NCBI GenBank assembly: GCA_965153455.1 | Contig: OZ234494.1 | Coordinates: 2,294,001 to 2,358,000, forward strand | Source of the DNA: Sphagnum compactum | Taxonomy: Eukaryota | Direction: 5' to 3' | DNA length: 64,000 nt | In this document: positions 22,646 through 36,330 of the stretch, one piece after another | Position numbering within the stretch: the first letter of the stretch is position 1 | How the letters are laid out: the number at the start of each line of letters is the position of its first letter | Notes under the pieces: generated by a model | Seen by the model: only the letters and a program-made list of their open reading frames with translations | Database searches by the model: none | Told to the model about the DNA's origin: nothing | Made by a program: the position numbers and the translations under genes

Positions 22646-25159
22646 ATGACAGTGCCTGATCCCGCCGAAGACAAGGTAGCTGAAGCCCCTGCTGCCGCTG
22701 CGGAGTCCACGGTCGTAGAAGATACTGCAGGTAAGTTTGTAGCTTTGCTTCCTTGCTGTGGGCAATACCTTTCTTCGTACAATACCTTCCTTCTCAACGT
22801 ATGTTGTTGAAAGCAAACGGAGTCCTAACTAAATCTCGTCTCTGAAGTTCGAATTGTTGTATGAGCGGGAACCTCTAGGATGTTGAGAACTCTCTTTTTT
22901 TCCGCGTTTTGAGCGCAATTTTGACATGGTAGTAGTAACATCCCCCTCTTGCGTTCCTTTTCTTTGCATGCAATTAGACTTCCAGTAGAGATCTGAAATT
23001 CCGTGGGAAATCTAAAGATTCAGATAGGTACTATCTGTAAACCTTAGCACACGGATCTCAGCGTTTTCAGCATTGCCAGAGATAGCCAGAGAGATCCGTG
23101 TCCTAGTTGTGATGCCTTCCTTCACCCTTTTTTTGCAGGGGAGATGACGACCCCTGAGGACAAGGAAACTATATCAGTTGAGCCTACAACGGCATCAGCT
23201 GAGGAAACTACCCCTTCTCCCACAGAGGAGACAAAGGAGGAAACTACATCACCTCCCACTGAAAAGACCAAGGAGGAAACTACACCACCTCCCACTGAGG
23301 AGACCAAGGATGTTGTCTCCGAGAGTAAGGAAGAAACACCTGCAGGTCAGTAGTATCAGAGATGTTGAAGAGGATCAAAATACTTTAGACTCTTGATATG
23401 TGTCCCTGTTTCTGCCATCCATGTTGTTTATTTTCTCTTTATTGACAATTCCACCAGTGGGTCTTTCATGAGTTATCAATCTCAGCAGCATGATGCCTTC
23501 TTCTTTGTTCAGACATTAGATCGAACCTCAGTCAATTGTAGTATTATTGGCATTCCTTTTCCTTTGTCCTGCTCTTGTTGCCCTTACTATCATTCTTTGA
23601 GAGATTTCTTACAACAGAGAGGTTGTCTGCACTTCTGAAGGGAGATCTAGCATCTTGTGTATTTTTTTTTGTATTGTTGGAGTTTTCCTGTCTTGATAAA
23701 TTTCCTCAGCTGGCCTTATGCCATTGTAGCTAAAAGTTGACACTAGGGAGGATGGCTTAGGTGCTGGCCATACAACTTTGTGTTACTGTTCATATGGAGA
23801 CTATGCCAGGAGACCATGCTGCTATTTGTTTTCCAAGTAGATACATTCATTTGCAGTACTCTCTGGGAGTTTGTCTACTGTTGCTGCTGTGGTTGTTGTT
23901 CCAGTACTGATTCTACCAACTCATTTGCTGAATTCAACAGCAGCTCCAGCTACTGACACTGCACCAGAGCCTGAGACCAAGCCTGCAGAAACTTCTGGTC
24001 CTTCCAGTCCTACACTTTTCCAGAAGCTGAAGGTGAAATTTTTGCATTCTGAAAACAAAGCAAAGGGAAAGGAAACTCCAGTTAAGGAGGAACCCCAGTC
24101 GACCAGTGTGGATCCAGTGTCTGTACCAGAGGCAAAACCAGAGCAGAAGGAAACCAAATTCAGTATCTTCTCCAAGTTCAGGAAGGGAGCCTTGAAGAGT
24201 CATGAACCAAAATCTAGTGCGCCTGCAGCAGCACCAGTTGAGGAAGCTCCAAAAGCACCAGAAAGTGTGGACACTTCCGGTGCCCCAGCTGAGGTATGCT
24301 GAAATTAGTAATTGTCTCAAGTACATAACCTTCAATTTCCATTGTCACGAAGTTTATGTTGGCAGCCTGGTATGTGTATCACAATTGCACTTCTAGGTTT
24401 CCATACTCCTTTGCTTTTGTCATTCTTTTGTCTGTGAGGTTCTTCAAGTTGCTCCAATGTGTTGTCTTGGAATTCCTTTCAAAAGTTCAGTTCTTTGCTG
24501 GAATTTGGCATCTCATGAAGGCCACCTGATGCTTGAGTTCATATAATTCATTTGGTTTATGTGCATACTGTGATATAGTGGCCCCTGCTGATACATTCTG
24601 CTTGACCTCATGTCCTTAGGAACCCAGCACAGAACTGGTCAGCACTGAAGAAGTTACTGTTGAACCACCCACCACAGAGCCAATAAGCACTGAAGAGGCT
24701 CCTATTGAACCACCCACTACAGAAACAGTCAGTACTGAAGAAGCTCCTCCTAAGCCACCCGTCACAGAACCAGTCAGCTCTGAAGCAGCCCCTGTGGAGG
24801 TGATACCTGCTGAGAAAACTGAAGAGCCTGTAAAGGTACCAGCAACTCCTCCAGCTCCCACCAAGTCACCACTGAAATCACCTTTAGCAATTTTCCAGAA
24901 ACTTGTGAAGAGGATAATAAACAAGAAGCCTAAAGCATCAGCACCTGCCTCAGCACCTGCATCAGAAGCCACCCCAGCACCTGCTCAAGAAGCTGTCTCT
25001 GCACCTATTGAAGAACCCACCTCTGTGCCTTCTGAAGAAGCTGGTGCTGGAGGAGCTGCCTCTGCACCTGCAGAAGAAGCTGCCACTGCACCAGCCGAAG
25101 AACCTTCCTCAGCACCTGTCTCAGAACCTGCCGTAGAGCCTCCCACTGCCAGCACCTGA
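22646..25159 (+). CDS. Acidic Glu/Pro/Thr/Ala-rich intrinsically disordered protein of unknown function, 394 aa
   Basis: Exons 22646-22730, 23139-23345, 23941-24293 and 24620-25159, GT-AG, phases 1/1/0 consistent, 1185 nt with no internal stop. Repeats EETTxPxTEE and EPxSTEE. A CT-rich leader at ~21830-21930 and an acceptor just before the ATG suggest a 5'UTR intron. Confidence 0.85.
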
Positions 25160-26253
25160 AAGAGGTTAATGGTATCCAAACAATATTTATGTAGATAGTG
25201 TACCATAGGTTTTTTACCTATGTGTCCAGCACCCCTGGGTAGTCACTTATTTTGGGTGGATGTTTCTCACGTAGGTCATAAAATTGAGGGGGTACCCTGC
25301 ATTTTTTAGCAAAGCTTAGCTGCATTTGCCCAGAATAGGCCTCATAACTAATTAGCTCCATGTTAGGTTGTTAAGTTCTTCATTTAATAAGTGGATATGT
25401 GTCTGCTGTTCCATGACTGTCAGTCCAATCTTGTAGCAATGAATTGTATTATTCACATGGTCTAATGACTCTCCAATCCATCAGTTCTCAGTGTTTTGAA
25501 AGGATTAGCCCCCTGCCTCTCTCTGTGATCTACAACAGAGGAGAGTAGGATGTTTTGCTTCTCTGTTTTCACGTTTGCATTAACCTCTCAAAGTGGGGTG
25601 CTCTATGATACAATGTTATGTGGTGCATACCTTGGAAGATGGGCAAGGGCAATCTGGTCCTGAAACTGACTGGTCCGTTCCATTGGATTTGGAGGACTAA
25701 TTTATTCTCTCAGGCCTTTTCAGTGGTTGGTTGTCAAGGCAAGGTACAGGAGCCAGGTGACAGTAACTAAAAACAATGGAAAATGTCAGCAACTACAATC
25801 CACTTGCCATTAGGTGCAACCAGCTGATCTACCATAGTTTACAGTTGATTTGTTTGAGCAGCAACCAAATTGTTGTTGTATTCTTCCTGAATCTAATGCA
25901 ACTGAATTGTGAACATTCCTGTAGACTTGTTGGATACCACTTCTATATCTGGAAAAATTCAAAATTGTTCCAAAACCAGCAGCAGCAGCAGCAGCTGCAG
26001 AGATTCCTTCATTTGCCTACATGCTCTTTGTGCTCACTGCTGGCACTCATTTATCTCTGCTCACCTTGACTTGAGTCATTTTTAGACTTGTCATCACTAT
26101 TAAGTTTTCAATGCTCAAGAACATTCCCTGGATGTAGGTATGGCTTATGTGCTCACAAAGGTTGAAGACAAAAAGTCTAGAGATCTTCATTGACTTTCCT
26201 GAGGCTTACATCTTGGACTTCCCATCAGGGTTGGTTACATGTTTTTGTCTCTT

Positions 26254-26463
26254 CTCCAATTTCAAATTGCAGTCTCTGAAAATTCAGTAAGGATGATGAT
26301 GTCGGTGCTTTTGAGCTCCAGAGGCAGATTACTTATTTGTTTCTTCTATGTGGACTGCTCCATTTCAAATTGCAGTCTCTGAAAATTCAATAAGGGTGAT
26401 GATGTAAGTGCTTTTGAGCTCCAAAGGCAGATTACTTATTTGTTTCTTCTATGTGGACTGCTC
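26254..26463. repeat. Tandem duplication of ~104 bp
   Basis: CTCCA(A)TTTCAAATTGCAGTCTCTGAAAATTCA..GGCAGATTACTTATTTGTTTCTTCTATGTGGACTGCTC repeated twice. Confidence 0.9.
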
Positions 26464-28405
26464 TGCACATACATGTTTCCATCCTTCTTTCAGTGTACTT
26501 TTGCTTCTTTTGTCACTCAATCCAAGCTTTGCAATTTCAAGAATTGGAATGAGTGGTACTAGGAGCTTTTCATGTCCAGAATACAGCAAAACAGTTTCTG
26601 CTGCAGTTCATGCAAAGAGAGTTGGGTTTTTTTGAGACTACTCATAATAGGAACAATTTGTATAAAACTACCAATGCTTCCAGTGTTCCAAGTTCTAACC
26701 ATCTGTACTCTACCAGAAACAATTTGTATACACTACTAATACTTGCACTGTCTTAACCTCAAGAACTAGGTATGTACAATGGAACAAACCTAGTAGGGCC
26801 CCTTTCACCCAGGAAAGTAGTGAGCCTGGTAGGAGAGGAACCTTTCCAGTAGGGTGAGCCAGCTTTTCTAGTAGGTGGTAAGGGGTTTTTCAAGGACTCT
26901 TCCAAAGTGCAATTGGGTTTTCCCACCGCCAACTCACAGTTAAAGCATACTCTCTACCCTGCATCACATTAGAATCCAGACTACCAACGAAAAGAGCAGC
27001 AGATGGCTGCCTGTCCCGCATAGGAAAAAGGCTGAAAAAGTGCCTCAATAGGACACCCCCAAATTGGTTGTGGAAGAGGAATCGAAACTCCTGGCTGTTT
27101 GTCAATGTAATAATGCCTTTCAAAGTCTGGGACTGATGATGCCTTTTGCCCCCAATTTCTCACTGTGGATTTAGAAACGATGTTGAAGGACTAAGAGCAA
27201 TGGAATGAATAGATTCAACTGGAATTTTGTTCAGACTCTCAGGAGATTCTTGGAGTTCTATAAACTTAAGTCTTTGGAGAAGGTATTGGTTAGCTTTAGC
27301 TTGGCCACAACCTAAAGCACACAGCCACTGAGCTACCTTAGTATAATATTCGTACACCAAAACCCTTAAAAACCTCAAATCCAAGCCTTAAAACTATATA
27401 TCAATTTCAATGACCCCATTATCATCCAAGACACTCATATTTCACTACCAAGAGGACCTTCTTTTAGGTTTAGGGTGTTCGAGGTGGCCAAAAATGTGAT
27501 CATATCTTGCCCAATCTTATCACCATTATTCAGTAAAGATATGATGTCTTGAAACTACATCCTTCCCTAGGGTCAGTTTTCTCATTAAATAATCTTTAAA
27601 ATAATGAAATGAAATTTCAGGAAAATATGAAGTTGAGGTGTTAAAAACCATCATAATTATCATTAAGCAGCAAGATCTTGAACTTTCATGCTGATGTGCA
27701 AATTCTCGGGATTAGGCAGGAAAAACAGGAATCTTTGATAACAGATTTAGTCAAAATTTGAAAACCTAGAAACTCCATGCTTGTCACAAAAAGCTCAGTT
27801 GCACTCCTTGAACCCTGATTGTAACTCAAGTTGACCTCCTCCTTGAATCATGATGTACATCTGTAATTGAAGAACAGGTAGGTGACATAGAGAAACTGAA
27901 AATTTGAAAATGCTTTTACCTACAGGATGGAAGATTCATCTTGGAGGTGTCCAGTGCCCACTCTGTATGACAGCCAGTTTCACATGCCAGAAGCAAAATG
28001 GATGTAGAACAGCCATCTGGATCATAAGCAAATGTAGACAGAGGTGGTGAGATTTCACTAAGAAAAAGTCTGCAATGTTATGTCCATAAGGACATTGCCT
28101 GATCTTTGAGGATGTACTGAGCATGTGAATAACAAGGTCAGGTGAATCAACTTGTTGGCCTTTTCGCTTCTGAAGCTGACTTTTACGAGCCATGAACCTT
28201 TCACTCTAGACTAAGTACCAACAGAGTGGGCAAGGTAGAGATGTCGTACAGTCTGATGTGCATCATTGACTGTTGTAGTGGACCATGTCCAAAAGTCAAG
28301 TCTCTGTAAGTCAGGAAATGCATCCAGCAGGACTGGAACATATAAAGATAGATGTCTTGCACACTTTTGGGAAATCCGAAAACATGAGGCACCCATTGGG
28401 CTTAC

Positions 28406-30151
28406 AGGTATGTGTGCAGGGAAGACCAGATCCTTTTGAAGCACATTGGTGAATGTTGTTTGCCTGTTCTTCCCACGAAAGGGGGTGTGACTGTATAACA
28501 TCTCATAAATCTATACACCTGGCCCCAATCCAGAAACCCAAAGTCATAGCAGAGAAGTGGATCAGAGCTGTTGTTCACAGACATACTTCTCAGTACTATC
28601 ATTCAATGCATTAAACCCATGACAAACATAATCCCCATGAAATGGTTGCTAACAGTTGAACAAGAGATGGATCCATGAGGAGAGAGAAAATCACTAGCTT
28701 TTTTAGAGGAGAAAAACTCAAAAGATCCTCAAAGTACAGTTTTTAGACAGGAAGGTGGAATGTATACCAAGAGCCCACCAATCCACCAGACTGCTATGGC
28801 CTTGGCCTGTAATGATCTCCTGTAATTAGATAACCCCTTTCAATGAGATACCAGTGAAGAAAGAGACCCAAGGAGAAGAGAAGGAAAAGCAGAAAGAAAC
28901 AAGAAAATAATGAACTATCACCTAACCAGAGACAGTGATGCAATCTGAAAACTTGGGGAACCTTCCCGAATTATTCAACAACATATAGTGTTCCAAGATT
29001 CAGGGTGTTAAACTCCACCATTACTAGCAGGTGAACCCCTGTTTTCCTTTATCAATACAGTTCTGCACCCCAACAATAGGACTGCGAGTTCTCTGGCAGG
29101 TTATTCAACCTGCACCAGTTACAAAAGAAGGAACTTACAGGAGCAATGTATTCCTCGGTCCCAACAAAGGAGTTTGAAGCCATGGTGAACTCTGAGAAAT
29201 AAATGGGAAGCTCTGTATCTTTGTGCTTTTTGCATTGCTTTGGTTTCTCTGGAGTTACCAACTGCATAGCCATACAACCAGTTACCTGAGCTATGATCTT
29301 GCATGCATCTGCAATCGTCTAAATGCTCAATTTATTGCTATATCATCTTTCCTTCTACTTAGATAAAGAATTTTCTGAAAAAGAAACTCAGAAAAGTATC
29401 ATAAAAACCATCAATGTGACATCAAAGTGACCCAAAAAGGAGTCTGCTGTCCTTGAAGGCTTTTAAGGGCCCTTAACAAGTTATATGTGCAATACAACAA
29501 TGAAACTGCAGTCCAGATATAAGCGGCCACAATGACAAATTGATGAAATTCTATGTTTGTCTGAATGGATTTCTTCAAGACGTAAAAAGAGCATAGAGCA
29601 ACACACACCTGTGATTTAGATGAAGTTACAAATGGCAAGTCAAAATCTGTAAGTTGTACATGCCCATCTTTTGGAATTAATATATTTTCAGGCTCTATAC
29701 ACAACACCTGCATTACATTTTTCATCCACCCTGAGAAATCTGATTGTCATACCCTTCAAGGTGTCTTTTGGTCCATAAATGATGTTTACAGTGGAGTAAT
29801 TTGTCAGATGCAATTAAGCAGATGTAATTTTCTCATCTTCAATATTCCGCATCAAGCTTATAGATCAACTCTGGTTGAGAACCATCAGTAAAAGCATAAC
29901 AGTGTCAGTTTTTCTATAAACTTCTGATATGTTTGAGACTTAATGTGTCCAATGGCAACAATAATTTCAAAGTTGTGGATTAACAAAGTTAATGGGATTA
30001 GGTCATGAATACTACAATACCCTTCACTATAAACAGAAAAGACTGATCACCATCTGATATGACATTGGCAATTTTAAATTGGGAGTAAGCCTTCTAATTA
30101 CCCATGCAATGAAGGTACTCAAGTGCAAGGACAATCTCAGCAGCATAAAAC
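28406..30151 (-). pseudogene. PHOT: Phototropin-like AGCVIII kinase-domain pseudogene fragment
   Basis: Five GT-AG exons: 30151-30102 FYAAEIVLALEYLHCMG; 29707-29609 VVYR/PENILIPKDGHVQLTDFDL (DLK lost, frameshift); 29261-29139 SNSFVGTEEYIAP; 28819-28768 EIITGQGHSSLVDWWALG; 28518-28406 V*IYEMLYSHTPFRGKNRQTTFTNVLQKDL (TAG at 28511-28513). No LOV or N-lobe exons and no final exon found. Confidence 0.88.
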
Positions 30152-31403
30152 CTGTCAGTCACAAAATGGAAAGGTAGGAATGTGAAGGTTTCATCCCCAC
30201 TTATGCTCTGAGTCTTAGAAAGATTTTTGACATTTCCCTAATTTTTGGGTAATACACCGTTTTTGAACCCTTCAAAGGATTTATGTGGGGAAACTTGTGT
30301 ATTTTTTGTTTGGTGTAACGATTTTTAGATTTTGCTTTGACAGAACATTCCTTATTGTTTTTATGTTTGAATGTTGTGTTTCTATACTTCTTTTTTGAAG
30401 TTGTATTTGCTTGACCCTTGCATGTTCGAAAACTTGAATGTTTTCATGTCATTTTGAATATTTCCATTAAGTTCCTTAAGAACATATGCCAATTAATGCT
30501 GCAAAACTGAAATGTTCATTTTTGGCTCCTATTTTTAAAAAATTCAAAACCTAGGATTTCACCGTGTGGCCTTAACAACATAACAGATAATGGAATTGAC
30601 CATCACTATCTATTCTAAACTAGGGTTTAATTTAAATTAGTTTAGGGTTTAGGGTTTAGTTTAAACTACATGTGGATTTAAGGCCCACATTTAAACTAAA
30701 TATATTGCAATTTTCAAAAAAATCAAAATTTAAAAACAAATGGTTTATGTACACATTCTTGATGTAAACCCTAAACCCTTTTTCTAGTGTAAAAAATGCA
30801 GAATTCTCTTTGGAGGTTCAGGAACACCCTGAGCTCCCTCCCACCCTCACATGGTTGCTTGTGATTTCCCTCGTTAATTGCAATTTGCATCGCTGATTTG
30901 AGGGTGTTTGTTGTTGGGTATCAACAAGTGTTGTTGAAAGTACCATGAGTGCCTGAGAGGTAGTATAGCACTGAAGAAACTCAGTGCCACAAGGTAGCAC
31001 GAAGTCTTGCGATGAAAACCTCTCACATCAATGATGATGTTGTATCACATATGAGAAATTGGAAAACTAACCAAACTGAAACATCGTCCCCACAAAGCCC
31101 AAGGAGCTAAACTCCTCCCAATTGTCTTGCCTTTCAACGTTCCAGTTTCAAACCGACTTGACAATGTATGACCACGACCTTGCACAAAAGATCATCTCAC
31201 GCATCTGAAGGGCTCTTTCACGAACTAACCCAATCGATGGACAGGCTCAGTTTCGGGGTAAAATGACACACTACAGAACATTTCAAGGACTGACGTTGAG
31301 CTCCCTGTATGCAGACTCTCCATGGATTGATAATTTGCAGAAAGGAAGGTGGTGTAAAAATACACCATGGAATAAGGTACCAAAGAGGTTGAAATCAACT
31401 GCT

Positions 31404-31844
<441 letters not shown>

Positions 31845-32069
31845 TCAAGCTTCTCCGGAAACCGGAAACTCAGAATTACTTCTCTCACTAATCACAAACT
31901 ACACACAAATTGGAAACAATAAGCAAGTCGACTAAAGATCAAAGCTCAGGAAGTAGATGTAGCTGCAAATCAGTAAGCGAAAAAGCGCCAAAAAAAAACA
32001 GCGATGGAGAGCACGACGAAAATGGCGATGGAGAGCGCAAAGAACATGATTACAGCGGCAAGCAGCTAG

Positions 32070-32265
32070 GAATATATGGGCTTAGGTTAGGGACCTAGCC
32101 TAGTTCCGAACCTGTTCCGAAGGTCAGGTTCGTGTGCCACGCATACGATCCGAGGCATTACTATTGCGTCATCCCATTGGTTATTGATTCCTTCGGCCAA
32201 TGGGATTACAGAAAACACCTGACGTGATTTGAAAGGGGCAATTTTTTTGGGCTGTTGGATTGGTA
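32070..32265 (-). promoter_or_regulatory. Histone H3 promoter with S-phase-type elements
   Basis: TATA-like sequence at ~32072-32077; octamer-like GATCCGAG (32147-32154, one mismatch to GATCCGCG); hexamer TGACGT (ACGTCA) at ~32220; three CCAAT/ATTGG boxes (~32176, ~32197, ~32259). Confidence 0.55.
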
Positions 32266-32323
32266 GTATGTTTACTAGCGCAATCGGACGGTCACAATTA
32301 AAGAAAGTTTCCAGCCACATTAG

Positions 32324-32604
32324 CAGTGTTTCTTTTAGGGATTTTGTTTTTAGCCAAAGTGGCGATCATCCCTAGGAAGATTTAGCCAAATCTGGCTACA
32401 AACCATATATGAACTCTAATCATCCTTTTATTCTTTTTGGCTACAAGCTGAAAACCATATGTAGAAATAAGGCAATTATTTTATGTTTTTTATCCTCACT
32501 TCCGGCGATTGAAATCCTCCAAAATCACTCCATTTTCGAATTTTAAAAAATTTATTTTGTCTTTTTGGCGAAACTCAGCCAATTAAAAAAAAAGAAAAGG
32601 GCAG
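32324..32604 (+). mobile_element. CAGTGTTT-terminus MITE family copy
   Basis: Same TTAGCCAAAGTGGCGATCATCC..GAAGATTTAGCCAAATCTGGCTA core as the other copies in the window. Confidence 0.65.
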
Positions 32605-35600
32605 CCACATAGGTGTAGATTTCTAAAACTTCCAAGTCCCGAATTTTCTTTTTCCCAGGTGTGGTGAGGTTTGAGGACCTGAGGTTGAGGGCTGCGGATC
32701 TGGTGTCACCACAAGGTCGGGACCTCGTCTCCGGTTCTGTAATTTTGGGACCTGAATCTCTCTGAGAAGCAAGTTTAGGGTTCCGGGTTTAGGGTTTAAG
32801 GATTTTACTAGTAATCAGGCCTTCTTTGAAGAAGATCCATTCCATTTGTTGCAATACAATTTCGCACGCACCCAATTGCCACCAAAGCTTTGCCTTTTGA
32901 TTTCATGGTGAGTGAGAAGCCATTACCTACTACCTATCTTCTGTTATTTACCCAAATCTTGATCATGAAGAAGGGGCAGGGATGTTTGCAGTTTTGTTTT
33001 TTATCATCTCTCTTCCCTGCCCTTTTGTTTATTGAAAGAGATTTGATATTTTCTTTTGTTGTAAGTTCTAAAAAAACAAAATTGTTGAAAGTTTCTTTGC
33101 TGTAAGAGAGAATGATCTGCAGAGAGAAGATCTTGTAGATCTTGATGAGTTGTTGTGGCATGCATGTATCTGACTGAACACTCAGGAATTGACATTCAAC
33201 TCAAAACCCCTGTTTTTTTGAAGCCCCTTTCAAGCCTTAATAATCTAAATGTCAGTCCTTGATTAATACCCTCATGATCTTTTGCTGAAAAAATTTAGAT
33301 TCTATGGTTAAAACAAAACTTGTCTGATATGTAATGCAAGAAGCTGAGAAAGTTAATCTGTGAAGAGTTTGAAGGATGCCCCCTTGATCGACTTACTTAT
33401 TGTTGCTCTGCCAGTTTTCTCCATCATTGATTCAAAATGGAACTTGTATCTATGTGCCTCTCTGAATTGGCAACCCATTTAGACCTCAAACGGTGGAAAG
33501 TTCAATTGTGTGATCATATGAGTATAAACTCTATAAGATTTGCACCAAGTCATACTTGTAACTCGAGAGCCAAGAAACAAAAATCCTTTGCAGTAATCTG
33601 ACTACTGAAACTGACAGCCTAGATTCACAACCTATTTATACCACCCAGCTGTGATGTGATAAAACCATGAAAATTCCACAGCTCAAGCAGAAACAGCAAC
33701 CTCTCCATCGACTCTACAGGTTGCACAAAAGATGTACTATTAGGCTCTACTAAACAACTCATGGAACACAACTTGGGTCATTGCCGACTTACAACCAAGC
33801 TGCCAGAATATTGATCCTTGGAGCAATTCAACAATTACTGTAGAAAAAAAAACCGCACAGCAAACAATTATATGCAAAAAAAAAGAGCTCCATGGCAAAC
33901 ATTCATACCAGCAGGAACTCACTCACAGCAATGACACTTTTTGACCATATGATAGAGGTGAAGTCTAGACCCCCCAAAGCATCCAATCAGAAATATCAAC
34001 CTTTGAGAAAATAAATTCACTAAAGCACAATAGAAGCAGTCCAAATGTGCCCAATGTTTGGGAATGACCTTTGTTCTACTGAGAGCACACCCATTGCCAG
34101 GAACTTCTACACCCATCATCTAGTGCATGAGGAAAAACAGCAGCAGCATGCATCCACAGAGCAGAAGAACCTGGGAGTCTCAGGAGCATTAAATCCAATA
34201 ACAACATTGACAACACAAGGTCATCCCAGAGACCTTTACTTCCAGAATATGGTATCTGCATGATCCAACCAAGTGCCACCCATTTGAAGAGGTTGTCACA
34301 TTGTTTGTAGTTCAGACTTGAAGGCAATAAACTGTAAAAGCCATCTCTATGGATACATTCCCATCATCCATGGAAAGAGCATCTTCTTTGGGTCAAACAC
34401 TATCTCTCCTCAGAACACCCCTTCTTCTGATTTCTTGAGATACCTCCAAGTATCGCACTTCCATCTATTCTTGACTTCATTCTACAGAAGCTCTTTGAGC
34501 TTCATTCAAATCTGATCTGGCAACAAACTGCATCTGGTTATCTTTCCAGGTACATATCAGTGTTGTGCTGGTATCTCTTTTCAAGAGAACAGGTGGTCCC
34601 AGATCTTATGTATTATAACATTTTGGTAAAATCTTTGGGGAATGATCTAAAGAAAACTTGAAAAATGCCAAAACCTCAGGATGAAGGTTCATATTATGCT
34701 GCCCAAACATGGAGGTTATCAGGTGTAGGGTTTATGGTTTTTGAAAAAGATGATGCAATTTTGAGTGTGGTTCAAATTTAGGGTTATAATTTAGAAGTGC
34801 TGATTTTATTCAAATTTACATGAGTCTTTGATTTAGTTTTCCAATTCAACACACAAATTGTCCCAGAAATCTTCAGAAAGACCAAGACAAATTGAAGAAC
34901 ATGTTTTGAAACAAATCACACATATGTTTTGTCACATTTGCTCTATCTTTAAGTAGTGAACATGTTTGTAACCAAAAATGAGGTAGGAGAAGCTCTAATC
35001 TATAATTTCAAAGCCTTACTTTGCATCGCCCTTGGAGATATTGTTGTTGAATTATTGAAATCATAATCACCTTTGTAACATATTTCCTCAAAAAGGGGCT
35101 TTTATGCTCAATTCCACACCAACAAACTTCGAGATTCATCACATACAAGTCCTACACAATACATCAATACACATAACAAATTGTCAATAACAACAAAACC
35201 CAAAGCTTTTACCAAATTTGGATGAGCTCTCAACTTCAAAAACACATGACTTGAAGATGTTGAAGACTTAGGACCAACCTAAAATGGTGCACATGCTTGA
35301 AACTAACCAAAAAAAAACAATTGAATCACACTTCATGATTTAGGTATTGACCTCAAATGATGTGCAAATGACATAATGATGAGCAATAAAACTATAACAA
35401 CTAAGTTAAATCGAAAAACACATGACATAAACACAATAGAATAAAACTAAAATTGATGGACAACAGATGATAAAAAATAGTAGAATACACCTAATCTCAG
35501 TGGACAACATGTGACAACCCTCAAATGAACAACATATGACAAACCTCAAATGGACAATGTATGATAAAAACACAACATAATAAAATTGACCTCAACAAGG

Positions 35601-36059
35601 ATCACCATGGCAAAAACAAAACACAATAAAAACAAATGACATCCCATCCATGTCTAAAGAAAATTAAGGTTTTTCATGAACATGCCCATTTCATCATTGG
35701 AATATTACAAAACTTTTAAAAACATGAAAATTTTTCGAAACATTATGGGGTTTAATCTATACTAGCAATAATTCAAAGGTTTCATTGCCACAATTACACA
35801 TCTATGACCAAAAAAAGTCAATATATATAAAATAGTTCAAGAAAACATAGAGGAAACATAACATACATCATTTATACACCTAAATCAAAACAAAATGCAT
35901 ATAAGAAATCAAAACACAATGGATACAAAAAATAAAGCAAAATGTTCATACCTATATAACATCAAAATAACTTGGTCTTCTTCAAAAAGGTCATTGTCCT
36001 CAATCAGCGTATTGTTCTCTTCAATCATAATTACCTTATATGTTAAAGATCATTTGGGT

Positions 36060-36330
36060 TCAAGGTTCAATCACACCCAACACAAACATCACAAGCATTG
36101 TGAAGCTAGTATTTGACAATTGAGATAAGGCAATCCAAATTCTCAATCTTTGACCAATGAAGTTTAGTGAAAACACCAACAACCTTAAAAATTCATTTAT
36201 CACAACTGTGATCCCACAATTCCAAGCACTTGATGAACCAAAAAATACACATGCAAAAATTGCACCACATGTTATAACCACCAAACCAAGGGGTTTTTTG
36301 TTTCTTTTAATTGAAATGATAAGCATCAAA
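36060..36330 (-). mobile_element. Decayed hAT transposase C-terminal dimerisation domain
   Basis: Frameshifted minus-strand translation NPLVWW..VQFLHVYFLVHQVLGIVGSQ..IFKVVGVFTKLHWS..IENLDCLISIVK matches the PL.WW...FP..A...L.I..S....ER.FS pattern of hAT dimerisation domains. Confidence 0.7.

Noticed and set aside
23122..25206. Antisense ORFs over the disordered-protein exons
   Set aside because: Shadow frames of low-complexity coding sequence.
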